Source: Tubiluchus corallicola (lineage: Eukaryota; Animalia; Priapulida). Taken from it: a DNA stretch of 33,738 nt. The DNA is taken from contig JAQGDQ010001585.1 of assembly GCA_030141605.1 (NCBI GenBank), forward strand, positions 1 through 33,738, written 5' to 3'. Made by a program: the position numbers and the translations under genes. Below are positions 10,200 to 23,703 of the stretch, in pieces. Below the pieces are notes generated by a model. It did not search any database, was not told where the DNA came from, and saw nothing but the letters and a program-made list of their open reading frames with translations. Within the stretch, counting starts at the first letter, position 1. Each line of letters starts with the position of its first letter.

Positions 10200-11957
10200 G
10201 AGTGTAAGGCCAGTTTACAACAAGTTGATAGTGAAGACATACCGAGGGGCTTGGTACAAACAGCTGAGTCTAAGGACAGTTTGCAACAAGTTGATAGTGA
10301 AGACATACCGAGGGACTTGGTACAAACAGCTGAGTGTAAGGACAGTTTGCAACAAGTTGATAGTGAAGACATACCGAGGGACTTGGTACAAACAGCTGAG
10401 TCTAAGGACAGTTTGCAACAAGTTGATAGTGAAGACATACCGAGGGACTTGGTATAAACAGCATGAGTGTAAGGACAGTTTACAACAAGTTGATAGTGAA
10501 GACATACCGAGGGACTTGGTACAAACAGCTGAGTGTAAGGACAGTTTGCAACAAGTTGATAGTGAAGACATACCGAGGGACTTGGTACAAACAGCATGAG
10601 TGTAAGGACAGTTTACAACAAGTTGATAGTGAAGACATACCGAGGGACTTGGTACAAACAGCTGAGTGTAAGGACAGTTTGCAACAAGTTGATAGTGAAG
10701 ACATACCGAGGGACTTGGTACAAACAGCATGAGTGTAAGGACAGTTTACAACAAGTTGATAGTGAAGACATACCGAGGGACTTGGTACAAACAGCATGAG
10801 TGTAAGGACAGTTTGCAACAAGTTGATAGTGAAGACATACCGAGGGACTTGGTACAAACAGCATGAGTGTAAGGACAGTTTGCAACAAGTTGATAGTGAA
10901 GACATACCGAGGGACTTGGTACAAACAACTGAGTGTAAGGACAGTTTGCAACAAGTTGATAGTGAAGACATACCGAGGGACTTGGTACAAACAGCATGAG
11001 TGTAAGGACAGTTTACAACAAGTTGATAGTGAAGACATACCGAGGGACTTGGTACAAACAGCATGAGTGTAAGGACAGTTTACAACAAGTTGATAGTGAA
11101 GACATACCGAGGGACTTGGTACAAACAGCATGAGTGTAAGGACATTTTGCAACAAGTTGATAGTGAAGACATACCGAGGGACTTGGTACAAACAGGATGA
11201 GTGTAAGGACAGTTTACAACAAGTTGATAGTGAAGACATACCGAGGGACTTGGTACAAACAGCATGAGTGTAAGGACAGTTTGTAACAAGTTGATAGTGA
11301 AGACATACCGAGGGACTTGGTACAAACAGCTGAGTGTAAGGACAGTTTGCAACAAGTTGATAGTGAAGACATACCGAGGGACTTGGTACAAACAGCTGAG
11401 TGTAAGGACAGTTTGCAACAAGTTGATAGTGAAGACATACCGAGGGACTTGGTACAAACAGCATGAGTGTAAGGACAGTTTACAACAAGTTGATAGTGAA
11501 GACATACCGAGGGACTTGGTACAAACAGCATGAGTGTAAGGACAGTTTGCAACAAGTTGATAGTGAAGACATACCGAGGGACTTGGTACAAACAGCATGA
11601 GTGTAAGGACAGTTTGCAACAAGTTGATAGTGAAGACATACCGAGGGACTTGGTACAAACAACTGAGTGTAAGGACAGTTTGCAACAAGTTGATAGTGAA
11701 GACATACCGAGGGACTTGGTACAAACAGCATGAGTGTAAGGACAGTTTACAACAAGTTGATAGTGAAGACATACCGAGGGACTTGGTACAAACAGCATGA
11801 GTGTAAGGACAGTTTACAACAAGTTGATAGTGAAGACATACCGAGGGACTTGGTACAAACAGCATGAGTGTAAGGACATTTTGCAACAAGTTGATAGTGA
11901 AGACATACCGAGGGACTTGGTACAAACAGGATGAGTGTAAGGACAGTTTACAACAAG
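10200..11957. repeat. 66/67-bp satellite, about 26 copies, in GUSB intron 8
   Basis: Unit GAGTGTAAGGACAGTTT(G/A)CAACAAGTTGATAGTGAAGACATACCGAGGGACTTGGTACAAACAGC(A)T. Confidence 0.98.
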
Positions 11958-13327
11958 CGTCAACATCATCCACATTAATGTAGACGAGTTTTAGTGTTTC
12001 AATAGATAGTATGCTAGTCCACCTTGAAGACATCATTTATGTTGAAATATTGTGGTTGAAAATAAATCAGTATTTTCTGCCTGCACATTGAAAATATGAC
12101 AGAGTCTCCTCTGTACTGAAACATTTTCAACACAAATATTTTTGTTCTGCATCTGTACATTATGCAAAAAGGCTCCATGTTACACGTGTTGTTATTAAGG
12201 AAGCATGACTCTTCATGTCCAAATCCATCTTCAAATACGGTAAAAATGATACATTTTAAGACCTATAGCACTGCCAAAGCGTTCAAGAATGTAATCAATG
12301 GCAGGCAAGACCATCTAGTGATATTATCACATCTGAACATAATTTTCAACAGCACAAATGTTCCACGAGGGTGTCGCACGTGTTTGTGAAAGTGAAAACA
12401 GAAGGACTTTGCTACCGTACAATATTCAGTACGAATTACAAACATTCGGCAAATTTTGAGTTTAAAATCAAATTTCAAGTTTATTGCTGCATCTTGCATG
12501 AACTCTTAAACGTGCGCACTAAGTCACATGGGAACAGTTCTGAACTGAGAGGTACAGCATCTGCTTTTTGCACAACACATTTCCGAGACACTGGCGCTAC
12601 TGCCCGTCTAACTAGCGAATGGCAAAATGCATGTAGCAGTGCAGAACTAGCTGTGCGAACAAGGAATTATGTTTCAGTGTAATAATTCTCACGCGTAAAT
12701 GAAGAAATAGTTCAGTCATTCCTGAAGAAATAGAATGTTCCCTTTCAATATCTTATAGGGCAGATTGTTTTCAGCTATAGTTTAAGTTTGGGTACGGTTT
12801 TCCTTTAAACAGGAAAGACATTCAAGTCAAAACTTAAATATTTAAGTATTTAAACATAGTATATTTAAGGTATTATATTCTCTAATTCCTCATAATGTTA
12901 ATTTTAAATAGGTAAAGGTTAAATTATTATTTAAAGATAGTCACGTGTGTCTCTACTTTCCCATTACTGAACATTATTTTATTATAAACTAACACATTCG
13001 TATAATAATTCAATTTTCATTCGTCTTAAATGCAAAATCTGATCATTTTAATTAGCTGGTACATGCGCATTAACTAATTAATTATATTAGTAACAATTCT
13101 GAGGGGGTGGCTGACCTCGATAACTTATAGTTCTTTCGCCACCCTTTCGCCACTAATCAATAATTACTTTTGCACTTTGTAATATTATTGTATGTTGTAC
13201 AGATTTATAAATCTCTTAGTTATTTATTTTGCTATTTTAAAAATGGTGATAAACTAATAAACTTACTTACTTAAGAAGCAAAAAACAATATATGCATGTT
13301 ATATTAGTAGGTTACAAATATCTGTAC

Positions 13328-13471
13328 TTGAAATAAGGTTTGGCAGTTTCCATCCCTGAATTCGGTTCGTTTGCAATCGACCAGGCGACGACCGACGGTC
13401 GGTTTTTGTCTCGCCTGACCAGCTCTTCCATGACCATTAGATGATGCTGGAGAGTTTTGTTTGGAAATTCG
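13328..13471 (-). CDS. GUSB: Beta-glucuronidase exon (exon 8 equivalent) with the acid/base catalyst, 144 bp
   Basis: ttttcttgcag| and |gtacag boundaries. Translates [49 protein letters not shown] with the WSIANEP catalytic Glu. This frame is not shown in the ORF track. Confidence 0.96.
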
Positions 13472-14651
13472 CTGCAAGAAAAATGAAAATCTCGCGCATG
13501 AAATTTGATTTACGCCTGGGAACAGTCCAGAAGCAAGGAAGAATAGTAAAAAAGCAGCAAAGCAATTTTTTGTTTTCATAGGGCGAAACTTCCGGGTTAT
13601 TTGTGAAATCGTCTGATTGTTACAGCAGAAGAAAACCCTCCACTTACACGAAGCTTCGTCTTGAAATTTTATACCACTTGCATACTGTCTTTTTGCATGC
13701 AGGACTTGCGTCGGCAGTAACCTTGTACAAAACATGTAAATTTAAACTAAAAGTTAGCATTTGTTTCCCATATTTGAATAATCAGCTTAGAAAGTTGATT
13801 AACGGCAACAGAACACAGCTATTGCTTACGTCAGAAACTAACCACAGTTTGTGCAATGGCAGGCATTTTCCGTTGCGCATCACGTACATTTACATAAGTG
13901 TTACTGTTTAAACGCATGATGTCACGAAAATGGGCTCTACATTATATGACGTCAAAAACTAACACTGCAGTTCATGATCATGGTTATCACGGTACCGCGT
14001 TTTATTTATCAGCCACAAGAATGTGACAAACAGGCAGGGTTGCCAGTCTTAGTAGACTCACTGAGCCGCGTGTAAATTTGAAAATTTAACGAAATTTGGG
14101 TATCCGAGGTAATTATTATTTAATCTAAGCTTTGCTTTAAAAAATAAGCTGTTGTACTTTTCAATATTTTAGAACATTCTTTATTCTGAACTCGTGTTTA
14201 TACAATCATCCGGTTTTCCTTTAAAGGTATGTAACCACCTTAAAGTTGCTGCTATGTGATCCGGTGACTAATTTTTACATAAACACAATTAAACATAAAG
14301 ATTTAAACAGCTAGAATAGCCGAATTTCTAAGTTTTGATATGCGCACCTTTGCGCTGTCCACCAGCTTACGTCATTTCTCTCAAATATGCCCAAAGCGAG
14401 GTTCACTTGGCAGAAAATGGAAATGATTTAAATTACTTTTATGCAGGGTATTTGATGTGCATATATTGTACAACAATTTCAACATCTTTAAGCGTATATT
14501 AAAACACGATGAAGGTTTTATGAGGGTTGGAAGTTTCAAGTTAAAGTAAGCCAGCATTTCAATGGGACAAACGGTTAAGCTGAACATTTCACATTCCGTT
14601 GATCAGGAACATCTGCTCTAACAAGACCGCTAACACATCGCAAACACTTAC

Positions 14652-14824
14652 TGTAAGCCAACGGCAGGACATTCGTCAATAACAACAATGCCTTGCTGGT
14701 CGGCCTGATCCATTATCTCCTCCGCGTAGGGGTAGTGAGAGGTACGGAACGAATTCGCTCCAATCCACTTGATCAGGTTGAAGTCTTTGGCGATTAGGGA
14801 ATAATCCAGGCCTTTTCCGCGGAT
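14652..14824 (-). CDS. GUSB: Beta-glucuronidase exon (exon 7 equivalent), 173 bp
   Basis: attcag| and |gtaagt boundaries. Translates [57 protein letters not shown] (GH2 RTSHYPY signature). Confidence 0.97.
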
Positions 14825-14904
14825 CTGAATGTAAATAATTACGCAGTTATACAAATAATTGTACAATAATTAAAACAATTGTGGGCAGTCGAGGTGGAGG
14901 CCTG

Positions 14905-16288
14905 GCAAACTGAGAAGGTGAGTCACTGATGCAAACTGGGAAAGTGTGTCACTGATGCAAACTGAGAAGGTGAGTCACTGATGCAAACTGGGAAGAGGAG
15001 TCACTGACGCAAACTGAGAAGGTGAGTCACTGATGCAAACTGAGAAGGTGAGTCACTGATGCAAACTGGGAAGGTGAGTCACTGATGCAAACTGGGAAGG
15101 TGAGTCACTGATGCAAACAGGGAAGGTGAGTCACTGATGCAAACTGGGAAGAGGAGTCACTGACGCAAACTGAGAAGGTGAGTCACTGATGCAAACTGAG
15201 AAGGTGAGTCACTGACGCAAATTGGAAAGGTGAGTCACTGATGCAAAATGGGAAGGTGAGTCACTGACGCAAACCGGGAGGGTGAGTCACTGATGCAAAC
15301 TGAGAAGGTGAGTCACTGATGCAAACTGAGAAGGTGAGTCACTGATGCAAACTGAGAAGGTGAGTCACTGATGCAAACTGAGAAGGTGAGTCACTGATGC
15401 AAACTGAGAAGGTGAGTCACTGATGCAAACTGAGAAGGTGAGTCACTGATGCAAACTGGGAGGGTGAGTCACTCATGCAAACTGAGAAGGTGAGTCACTG
15501 ATGCAAACTGAGAAGGTGAGTCACTGATGCAAACTGGGAAGGTGAGTCAGTGATGCAAACTGAGAAGGTGAGTCAGTGATGCAAACTGGGAAGGTGAGTC
15601 ACTGATGCAAACTGAGAAGGTGAGTCAGTGATGCAAACTGAGAAGGTGAGTCAGTGATGCAAACTGGGAAGGTGAATCAGTGATGCAAACTGGGAAGGTG
15701 AGTCAGTGATGCAAACTGAGAAGGTGAGTCAGTGATGCAAACTGGGAAGGTGAATCAGTGATGCAAACTGGGAAGGTGAGTCAGTGATGTACACTGAGAA
15801 GGTGAGTCAGTGATGCAAACTGGGAAGGTGAATCAGTGATGCAAACTGGGAAGGTGAGTCAGTGATGCAAACTGAGAAGGTGAGTCAGTGATGCAAACTG
15901 GGAAGGTGAATCAGTGATGCAAACTGGGAAGGTGAGTCAGTGATGCACACTGAGAAGGTGAGTCAGTGATGCACACTGAGAAGGTGAGTCAGTGATGCAA
16001 ACTGGGAAGGTGAATCAGTGATGCAAACTGGGAAGGTGAGTCAGTGATGCACACTGAGAAGGTGAGTCAGTGATGCAAACTGGGATGGTGAATCAGTGAT
16101 ACAAACTGGGAAGGTGAGTCAGTGACGCAAACTGGGAAGGTGAGTCAGTGATGCAAACTGGGAAGGTGAATCAGTGACGCAAACTGGGAAGGTGAGTCAG
16201 TGATGCAAACTGGGAAGGTGAGTCAGTGATGCACACTGAGAAGGTGAGTCAGTGATGCAAACTGGGAAGGAGAGTCAGTGATGCACAC
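14905..16288. repeat. 26-bp minisatellite, about 53 copies, in GUSB intron 6
   Basis: Unit GCAAACTG(A/G)GAAGGTGAGTCA(C/G)TGAT. Confidence 0.98.
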
Positions 16289-16564
16289 CTGGAACAGTAA
16301 CCCAGATGTTTTACCTGTGGCACAAACATTTTGAAATATTAAGAGTTTTCTTTTTCAGCTACAATAAATCTTTCAAACAAGTAAGTGTATCAAGTGATGT
16401 AACTTTGTGGAAATTTTTTTGCAATGTGCGGGAAGATTCCCTTTTCTTCCCTTTTAAGTAAGACTAGCTGCTGAACACTGACAGAAGTAATAAACAGAAC
16501 ACAATATAGCAGGTATATGTAATTCTGCAACAATTTCTTGGCTTTACGAAACCATGTATTATAT

Positions 16565-16691
16565 AATTACATTCCATGTCAAAATGAATGAAATTGTACA
16601 AAATATGGCAAGTAAAATTACATTCCATGTCAAAATCAATGAAATTGTACCAAATATGGCAGGTAAAATTACATTCCATGTCAAAATGAAT
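16565..16691. repeat. 51-bp tandem repeat, about 2.5 copies
   Basis: AATTACATTCCATGTCAAAAT recurs at 16565, 16616 and 16667. Confidence 0.88.
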
Positions 16692-16796
16692 GCAATCATA
16701 AGTTTTCTAACATACAACGTAACAAACTCATTTGTTTAATATCTTACACAGGACGCAAACAAAACAGCAGTTTATCAAGACTTGCGACCCGCTTAC

Positions 16797-16940
16797 GTTT
16801 GCGTCTTCGTGTTTTCCGAAGCCCATGAAATAGAACGGCTTATCGTTGATGAGGAATTGCGTACTCGTTACCCGGACCGTCCGAATCCCAAACGGAAGCC
16901 TGTAAACGTCTCGCTCGCCGCTCTGTCCGGAACACGAAGC
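16797..16940 (-). CDS. GUSB: Beta-glucuronidase exon (exon 6 equivalent), 144 bp
   Basis: tttctcag| and |gtaagc boundaries. Translates [48 protein letters not shown]. Confidence 0.96.
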
Positions 16941-17139
16941 CTGAGAAATGAAAATGTTTATTATGGAAAATTGGTTTATAGTTAATTGGATCAGTATTGC
17001 ACACAATACAAACGCAATCTAATCTCTACGGATACGAATAGGTGGCAGCACTGTGAATCTACACCAAGCTGCATTGCACACAATACAAACGCAGTCTAGT
17101 CTCTTCGTTTCGCTCCGCCCACATGCAGCAGTTTACTTT

Positions 17140-17754
17140 TGGGTCTGTTGTTTTGCAGTGTAAAAGTTTTGTACCTAGTAAAAAGGAAAATATCTGGGTC
17201 ATATTTTACCAGAAGACAATAGAGATGATTTAGATATGTTACGACAATGTTCAATTTACTATGGTAGAGCAAATAAATTACTCATTAAATTTACTCACTG
17301 TTCAGTTAACATGAAGAGACAATTGTTTAATGCTTACTGCAATAGTTTTTATTGTATGTCCACTTGGAGACATTTTTATTCTTACAATCTTAGCAAACTC
17401 AAGGTTGCATATAATGTATCAACACGGAAGCTGTTTAACTTTTCATATGATACGAGCGCCAGATATATTTCTACTAGACTTAATATTATTTATTTTGATG
17501 TGATTCACAGAAAATGTGCATACAGTTTACACGTCAGGCTGAATAAGAGTGAAAATTTTATATGCAAGAGCATTTTAAACAGTGATGTAAACTTTTCTTC
17601 TGTAATTAGACGTCATTGGCGTAGTTTGTTATATCGTTAATTGTTATTTGTGTTATTGTTGTGTGTCATGATTTATTGTTTTATTTGTATTAATTTATGA
17701 TGCGTATATGAACTTTGTGAAGTTTGAAATAAAATATTAAATCTAATCTAATCT
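17140..17754 (+). mobile_element. 5'-truncated non-LTR retrotransposon (RT C-terminal region, 3' UTR, (AATCT)n tail)
   Basis: KYLGHIL...DDLD...YGRANKLL..FTHCSVN.KRQLFNAYC..FY...W resembles a LINE ORF2 C-terminus; AATAAA is followed by a pentamer tail. Confidence 0.85.
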
Positions 17755-18154
17755 ACGGATACGAATAGGTGGCAGCACTGTGAATCTACACCAAGCTGCA
17801 TTGCACTTTGGATGAATTATATTATATATTATTATAAAATTATTCACTTGTTCCAAATCATGTGGAAAAATTCACAATTTTTTTTGGCAAAAATTTTGCT
17901 ACTGATTTGTCTTTTGACCTTTTCCGATTCTTGCCCAAAACTGGATGAAACTTGACGATAATTTCAAAGAACGAAGACAGCCAAAGTGTTAAAAAACCAC
18001 GAATGAATTGAAAATTTTACATCAACTCCGATTAGAGTTGATCAATTATCAATGTCTGGAAAACGGTTCACCGTTTACATTCGCATTCACGGAAATTTTT
18101 AATTTGCTTTTGTAGTAAAACGATCTCCGATCTATTAACAACTGAACAGGCCAT

Positions 18155-18780
18155 GGATTGATTTGATTTGATTTTGATTTAATATTTTATTTCAAACTTC
18201 ACAAAGTTCATATACACATCACAAATTAACACAAATAATACAATAAATCGTGACACACGACAATAACACAAATAACAATTAACGATATAACAAACTACGC
18301 CAATGACGTCTAATTACAGAAGTAAAGTTTGCATCACTGTTTAAAATGCTCTTGCATATAAAATTTTCACTCTTATTCAGCCTGACGTGTAAACTGTATG
18401 CACATTTTCTGTGAATAACATCAAAATAAATAATATTAAGTCTAGTAGAAATATATCTAGCGCTCGTATCATATGAAAAGTTAAACAGCTTCCGTGTTGA
18501 TACATTATATGCAACCTTGAGTTTGCTAAGATTGTAAGAATAAAAATGTCTCCAAGTGGACATACAATAAAAAGTAGTGCAGTAAGCATTAAACAATTGT
18601 CTCTTCACGTTAACTGAACAGTGAGTAAATTTCATGAGTAATTTATTTGCTCTACCATAGTAAATTGAACATCGTCGTAATATATCTAAATCATCTCTAT
18701 TGTCATCTGATAAAATATGACCCAGGTATTTTTCCTTTTTACTAGGTACAAAACTTTTACACTGCAAAACAACAGACCCA
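18155..18780 (-). mobile_element. Inverted, near-identical copy of the 17140-17754 LINE fragment with an (AAATC)n tail
   Basis: ORF 18279-18767 is nearly identical to ORF 17236-17640, with the same 5' end TGGGTCTGTTGTTTTGCAGTG. Confidence 0.88.
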
Positions 18781-20287
18781 GACTGATGCAGTCAGCATAA
18801 CGTAATTCACTAATGTGAAAACACCTCCGTTGGTTCTAATAAAACATGGCAGAACTTAACAAATTCAGACCCAAATCCTCATGCATCACTGTGTTTATTA
18901 GTTGACTATACCAGGTGGAGTGCGGTTTAATCTACCAGGTCGAGTGCAGTGAGTTTGACTAGTGTGAGAGGCGCTCGTAAATAATCATCGAGACGTGATT
19001 CTCGCCCAGTGCAGTTTGCTTGAGTGCGACCGAGTAGTTTGCCCTAATTTTCAAGTTTTGGCACTTACCTCGGGCCTTTAAATAATCCCAGCTTTTTAAC
19101 TGTAATGCCGTTTGAGTCCCTATGCAACGTAGTACACACTACAAAGTGTGCAAGCATTGTTAACTCAAAGCACTACAATGTTAGAGTTGTACTCAAGCTC
19201 TCACTCTTTGGCTCCTACCTCGGACTCTTAAACAGTCTCTGCTTTTTTTAACAATACGACGGTCTAGCCACCCAGGTGTCTACCCAAAAACGTTTCGCGG
19301 ATCTACAAAGCTAGACAAGTTTTGCAAGCTAAATCAAGGTGGTCACATGTGTTTCACAGTTCTTAAAATGTACTTTCTTCAAATCGACCAAGCACTGCAT
19401 CAAGCTACACCACCTCTTGAAACTAAACCAACGTAACTCACCCCACACACAAATTTACATTCTCAAAATTGACCAAGCGCAGGACAAAGGGGCGGCATTA
19501 GAGCCTAGCCTAGCAATTTATCTGACCATGCAAACGTACTTTAAGTACAATTCTTACACAAAACTAAAAAAAATTTGTCTGGAAGTTTTGCATAACCCAG
19601 ACATTGTCCTATTGCATGCAGAGCTTGCATTAGCAACAACGCTGTATAAAACTAGTAATTTAAACAGTAAGTCATTTGAAATGAGTTTACCCGACATTGT
19701 GTAAAGTTTGAAAAAGTAATCAGAGCATGCGTAGTGCACTCTTTCCTAACTAAGCAAAAATTCAAATTACTTTTATATTGTCTGAAAGAAAGACCAATAA
19801 TACGTTCTTTGGTGAGCCAGTGGTGCACACTGGGATGGCTATTCAGTAACATTTAACCTGCCGAAGAAAGTATTTTAAATTATCAATGATTTTCTTTTCT
19901 AGTTACACAGTTACGTCTTTCAAACAGATAAGCGTAATGGAAAGTAAGATAACTGTGGAAAGTTTTCCGAGATATACAGTAAAATACATTTTTCTCATCT
20001 TTAAAACTAAACTCACAAGAAACCTGCTTAAAGGTTTAAATTTGGACAAGTTTTGCAAAACGAAAAATGTCAAAAGGTTGGAAACTGGTGACGGCCTTTT
20101 ATCAGCCAGGTAAGACGCTACACGATTCGGTAATTTTCCATTTCCATTTCCAGATTAAAAAGATGGCTTCATTCATCAGATTAAAGGCAGACAGCATCCA
20201 TTACAACTGGTTGAGTTTAAACATAATTTATTATAAGATTGGATCGGACAGTTTGAACAACATGATTTAGGATCCTCACCACAACAG

Positions 20288-21220
<933 letters not shown>

Positions 21221-22079
21221 AGATTAATCAGATGGCTTCATTCATCAGATTAAAGACAGCATCCAGTTTGAACAACATGATTTAGGACCGCAACTACAAC
21301 TGCCTTTGTAGATTTAGGACACACGGCATAATGGAGAATTTGATGACATGGTTTCCTTTAATTCTTACACACTCCTCTTTGATGAAACACATTTCTCTGT
21401 GGATTCAAGACGTTCAGCAAATGCTTGACTGGCTTCAGCAAATGCTTGACTGGCTTCAGTAAATGCTTTTCTGCTGCACTCGCGTTTAACGAGGCACTAA
21501 GCCTCCACTTAGGGACAAGATAAACACGAGATCATTCCGCAAGACACGTGCGAATTTACCATAAGTAGAATGTACTGAACGCAATCAAGTACCGAGATAA
21601 TGAGTGCCGTGATGAAAAGCCAATGCCCTATTTTCCAGGCTTCCTTAAAGGACAAGAAAAGGGGCACCTGAAGTAGGTTTCAGAAAAATCGTCTTGAAAA
21701 ATTATATTAGTTTGTAGCAGTTTTATGTATACATCGTGCTCGTGTTGAAAGGAACTTTTGTTTGTTTTCATTTTAAAACTTCCCGCAATACTGTTCCGAC
21801 GGCGCCATTACATGACGTCACCTGTGCACGATGTAAATCTGGGGAAGAAAGGGAAATGTTAAATTATGTCCCAAAAAACTTTCATTGCAAATCTATATTA
21901 CTTAGCATTTCACTTACCTGCTGGAAAGACTTATGTAACTAGAAATAAAAATTTAAAATGTTTGTGCCAACTGATAAAATATCGCTGACTCACCCTCTAG
22001 GGTGCGCCACTCACTAGCCAAAAACGTATTTTTAATCTTATTGACAAGATACAGTAATTTTAAATTTTACTTAGTTAGT

Positions 22080-22300
22080 GGTGTGTGTGCTACGAATGCT
22101 CAGATTATTTTTTCAAACTTTACTTAATGTTACCAAAACTTGTTTCAAACGACCTACCATTAAAATGGCTGCACCTAACTGTCAACGCGGGAGTTTAAAT
22201 TTACATGTTTTATACAGCGTTACGGCCGATGCGGACATTGCGTGCAAAAAGGCAGTATGTAAGTGGTACAAAATTTCCAGACGAATTTTTTAATCTTTAT
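22080..22300 (+). mobile_element. Degenerate dispersed repeat, possibly mariner-derived; other copies near 13650-13750 (-), 19570-19742 (-) and 25362-25555 (+)
   Basis: Shared CTACGAATG.TC.GATTATTTTTTCAAACTT and AGTTTAAATTTACA.GTTTTA.ACAG.GTTAC blocks. The translation AVCKWYK weakly recalls a mariner HTH. Confidence 0.6.
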
Positions 22301-22379
22301 GTAAGTGGAGGATTTTCTTGTACATTAATCTTACGGCGCACTCAAAACATTCCGCACCAAGTTAACTAGCACAATAACT

Positions 22380-22636
22380 CGCCAAGTAACTGGCATGCGT
22401 GTTCAGACTAGAACGCAAAACTTGCTGCGAATTACTCTCTGATAGTAAGCGCGAACTGATACTTTATTCTTTGTTCACTGTGAGAAGTGTCGAGAGTAAC
22501 TTATCAAGGCGTGTTCACACTAAACAGTAGCTCATAGGAAATCAACTCACAGTAATCTTGCAGTAATTTCTCGACAGTAACAAAGCAATTCACACTTGCA
22601 AGTTGGCATTCAGAGAGAAAAGTGTCTGAAGGTGCA
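22380..22636 (+). mobile_element. Diverged partial copy of the 458-1192 element, lacking the array
   Basis: Shares GTTCAGACTAG..GCAAAACTTGCTGCGA.TTACTCTC...GTTCACACTA...CGACAGTAAC...CAGAGAGAA...GTCTGAA with 935-1190. Confidence 0.65.
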
Positions 22637-22852
22637 ATACTCAAAAAACATAGATAATCTAGAATAGCCAGAGGATGAAAAACATCCAGTTACGAAATGA
22701 GCACAATGCTGCTGAACTGACAACAAACATATCAGTTTAATTCACACAGCTAAGCAATATCTCCCAATTGACTGAACGTCTATGGAATTCAGAGATCGGA
22801 AAAGATTCATGTGGTGAAAATCACAAGTAAAGAGTTAAAATGGAATCCGTAC

Positions 22853-23037
22853 CTCAAAAGTGTACATGTAACCCGGCTCTGGGTGCATGGTAAACGGCCA
22901 CCAGAGTGAAGCACTTGCAATCTTGATGGTCCCAGACATGGTCGAGGCCACGCCCGCTTCTTTTCCTTGTTTGTCTCTGACGACGACGTCACAACCGGAA
23001 GTTTGCCCGATCACAGAGATGTTGAACGTTACCAATC
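22853..23037 (-). CDS. GUSB: Beta-glucuronidase exon (exon 5 equivalent), 185 bp
   Basis: cttccag| and |gtacgg boundaries; phase 1 start matches the previous exon. Translates LVTFNISVIG...SLWWPFTMHPEPGYMYTFE (LWWP..M...P.Y.Y motif). Confidence 0.95.
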
Positions 23038-23075
23038 CTGGAAGAGAAATGAATTTTAAAAATGAAAAGTCACTA

Positions 23076-23703
23076 CAGTGTTCCCTGGCTACTTTGCGGT
23101 TCGTTTATCGCGACTCGCTGTTTCGCGGGTTTTCAAAAATATTAATGTAAAATATTTATCGCGGTATTTTCGCTGTTTCGCGGGTTTTTGCGGTACTCAG
23201 TCTAAAGTATTTTTGCACGTGCGTAGTACGTATTGTACAATAATATATAGATTTGATGAATTTTGCATAAAAAAATCACAAAATGTATAAAAATATGTTA
23301 AAAATATTAATTCTAACATTAAAAGAATATTATAAATCATAAAAAATTACCATTTACAGTAAATAGTGTATTTATTCGGCGGATGAATACACACCAAAAA
23401 CAAAATGTAGTACTTGTGCCCACTTAAGATGCTAGTTGCCGACGTGAGATTGTACGTATATGTATCTAGGTTTAAGAGTTTAAAACATTTTTATGAACAT
23501 TTAAGTAAAGTTTTTTAAAAGTTACATGTACAGTAAGGGAAAAGTTATTAAAGGAGTGGGAAAGGGTTATGTATAAGAGTGCGGGGAGGGTTTATAAAGA
23601 CTTAAAATAATGTATAACTGCTAAAATAAGCATAGCGTCCCGGAAATTCACTTATTGCGGGTGGGCCTGGAACGGAACACCCACGATAAGTGAGGGAACA
23701 CTG
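23076..23703. mobile_element. Tigger/pogo-type MITE, 628 bp
   Basis: TA|CAGTGTTCCCT...AGGGAACACTG|TA, with subterminal TCGCGG motifs. Confidence 0.88.

Noticed and set aside
10071-12036. Many overlapping ORFs up to 318 aa
   Set aside because: They are translations of the 66/67-bp satellite; mixed unit lengths shift frames, and the region is intronic.
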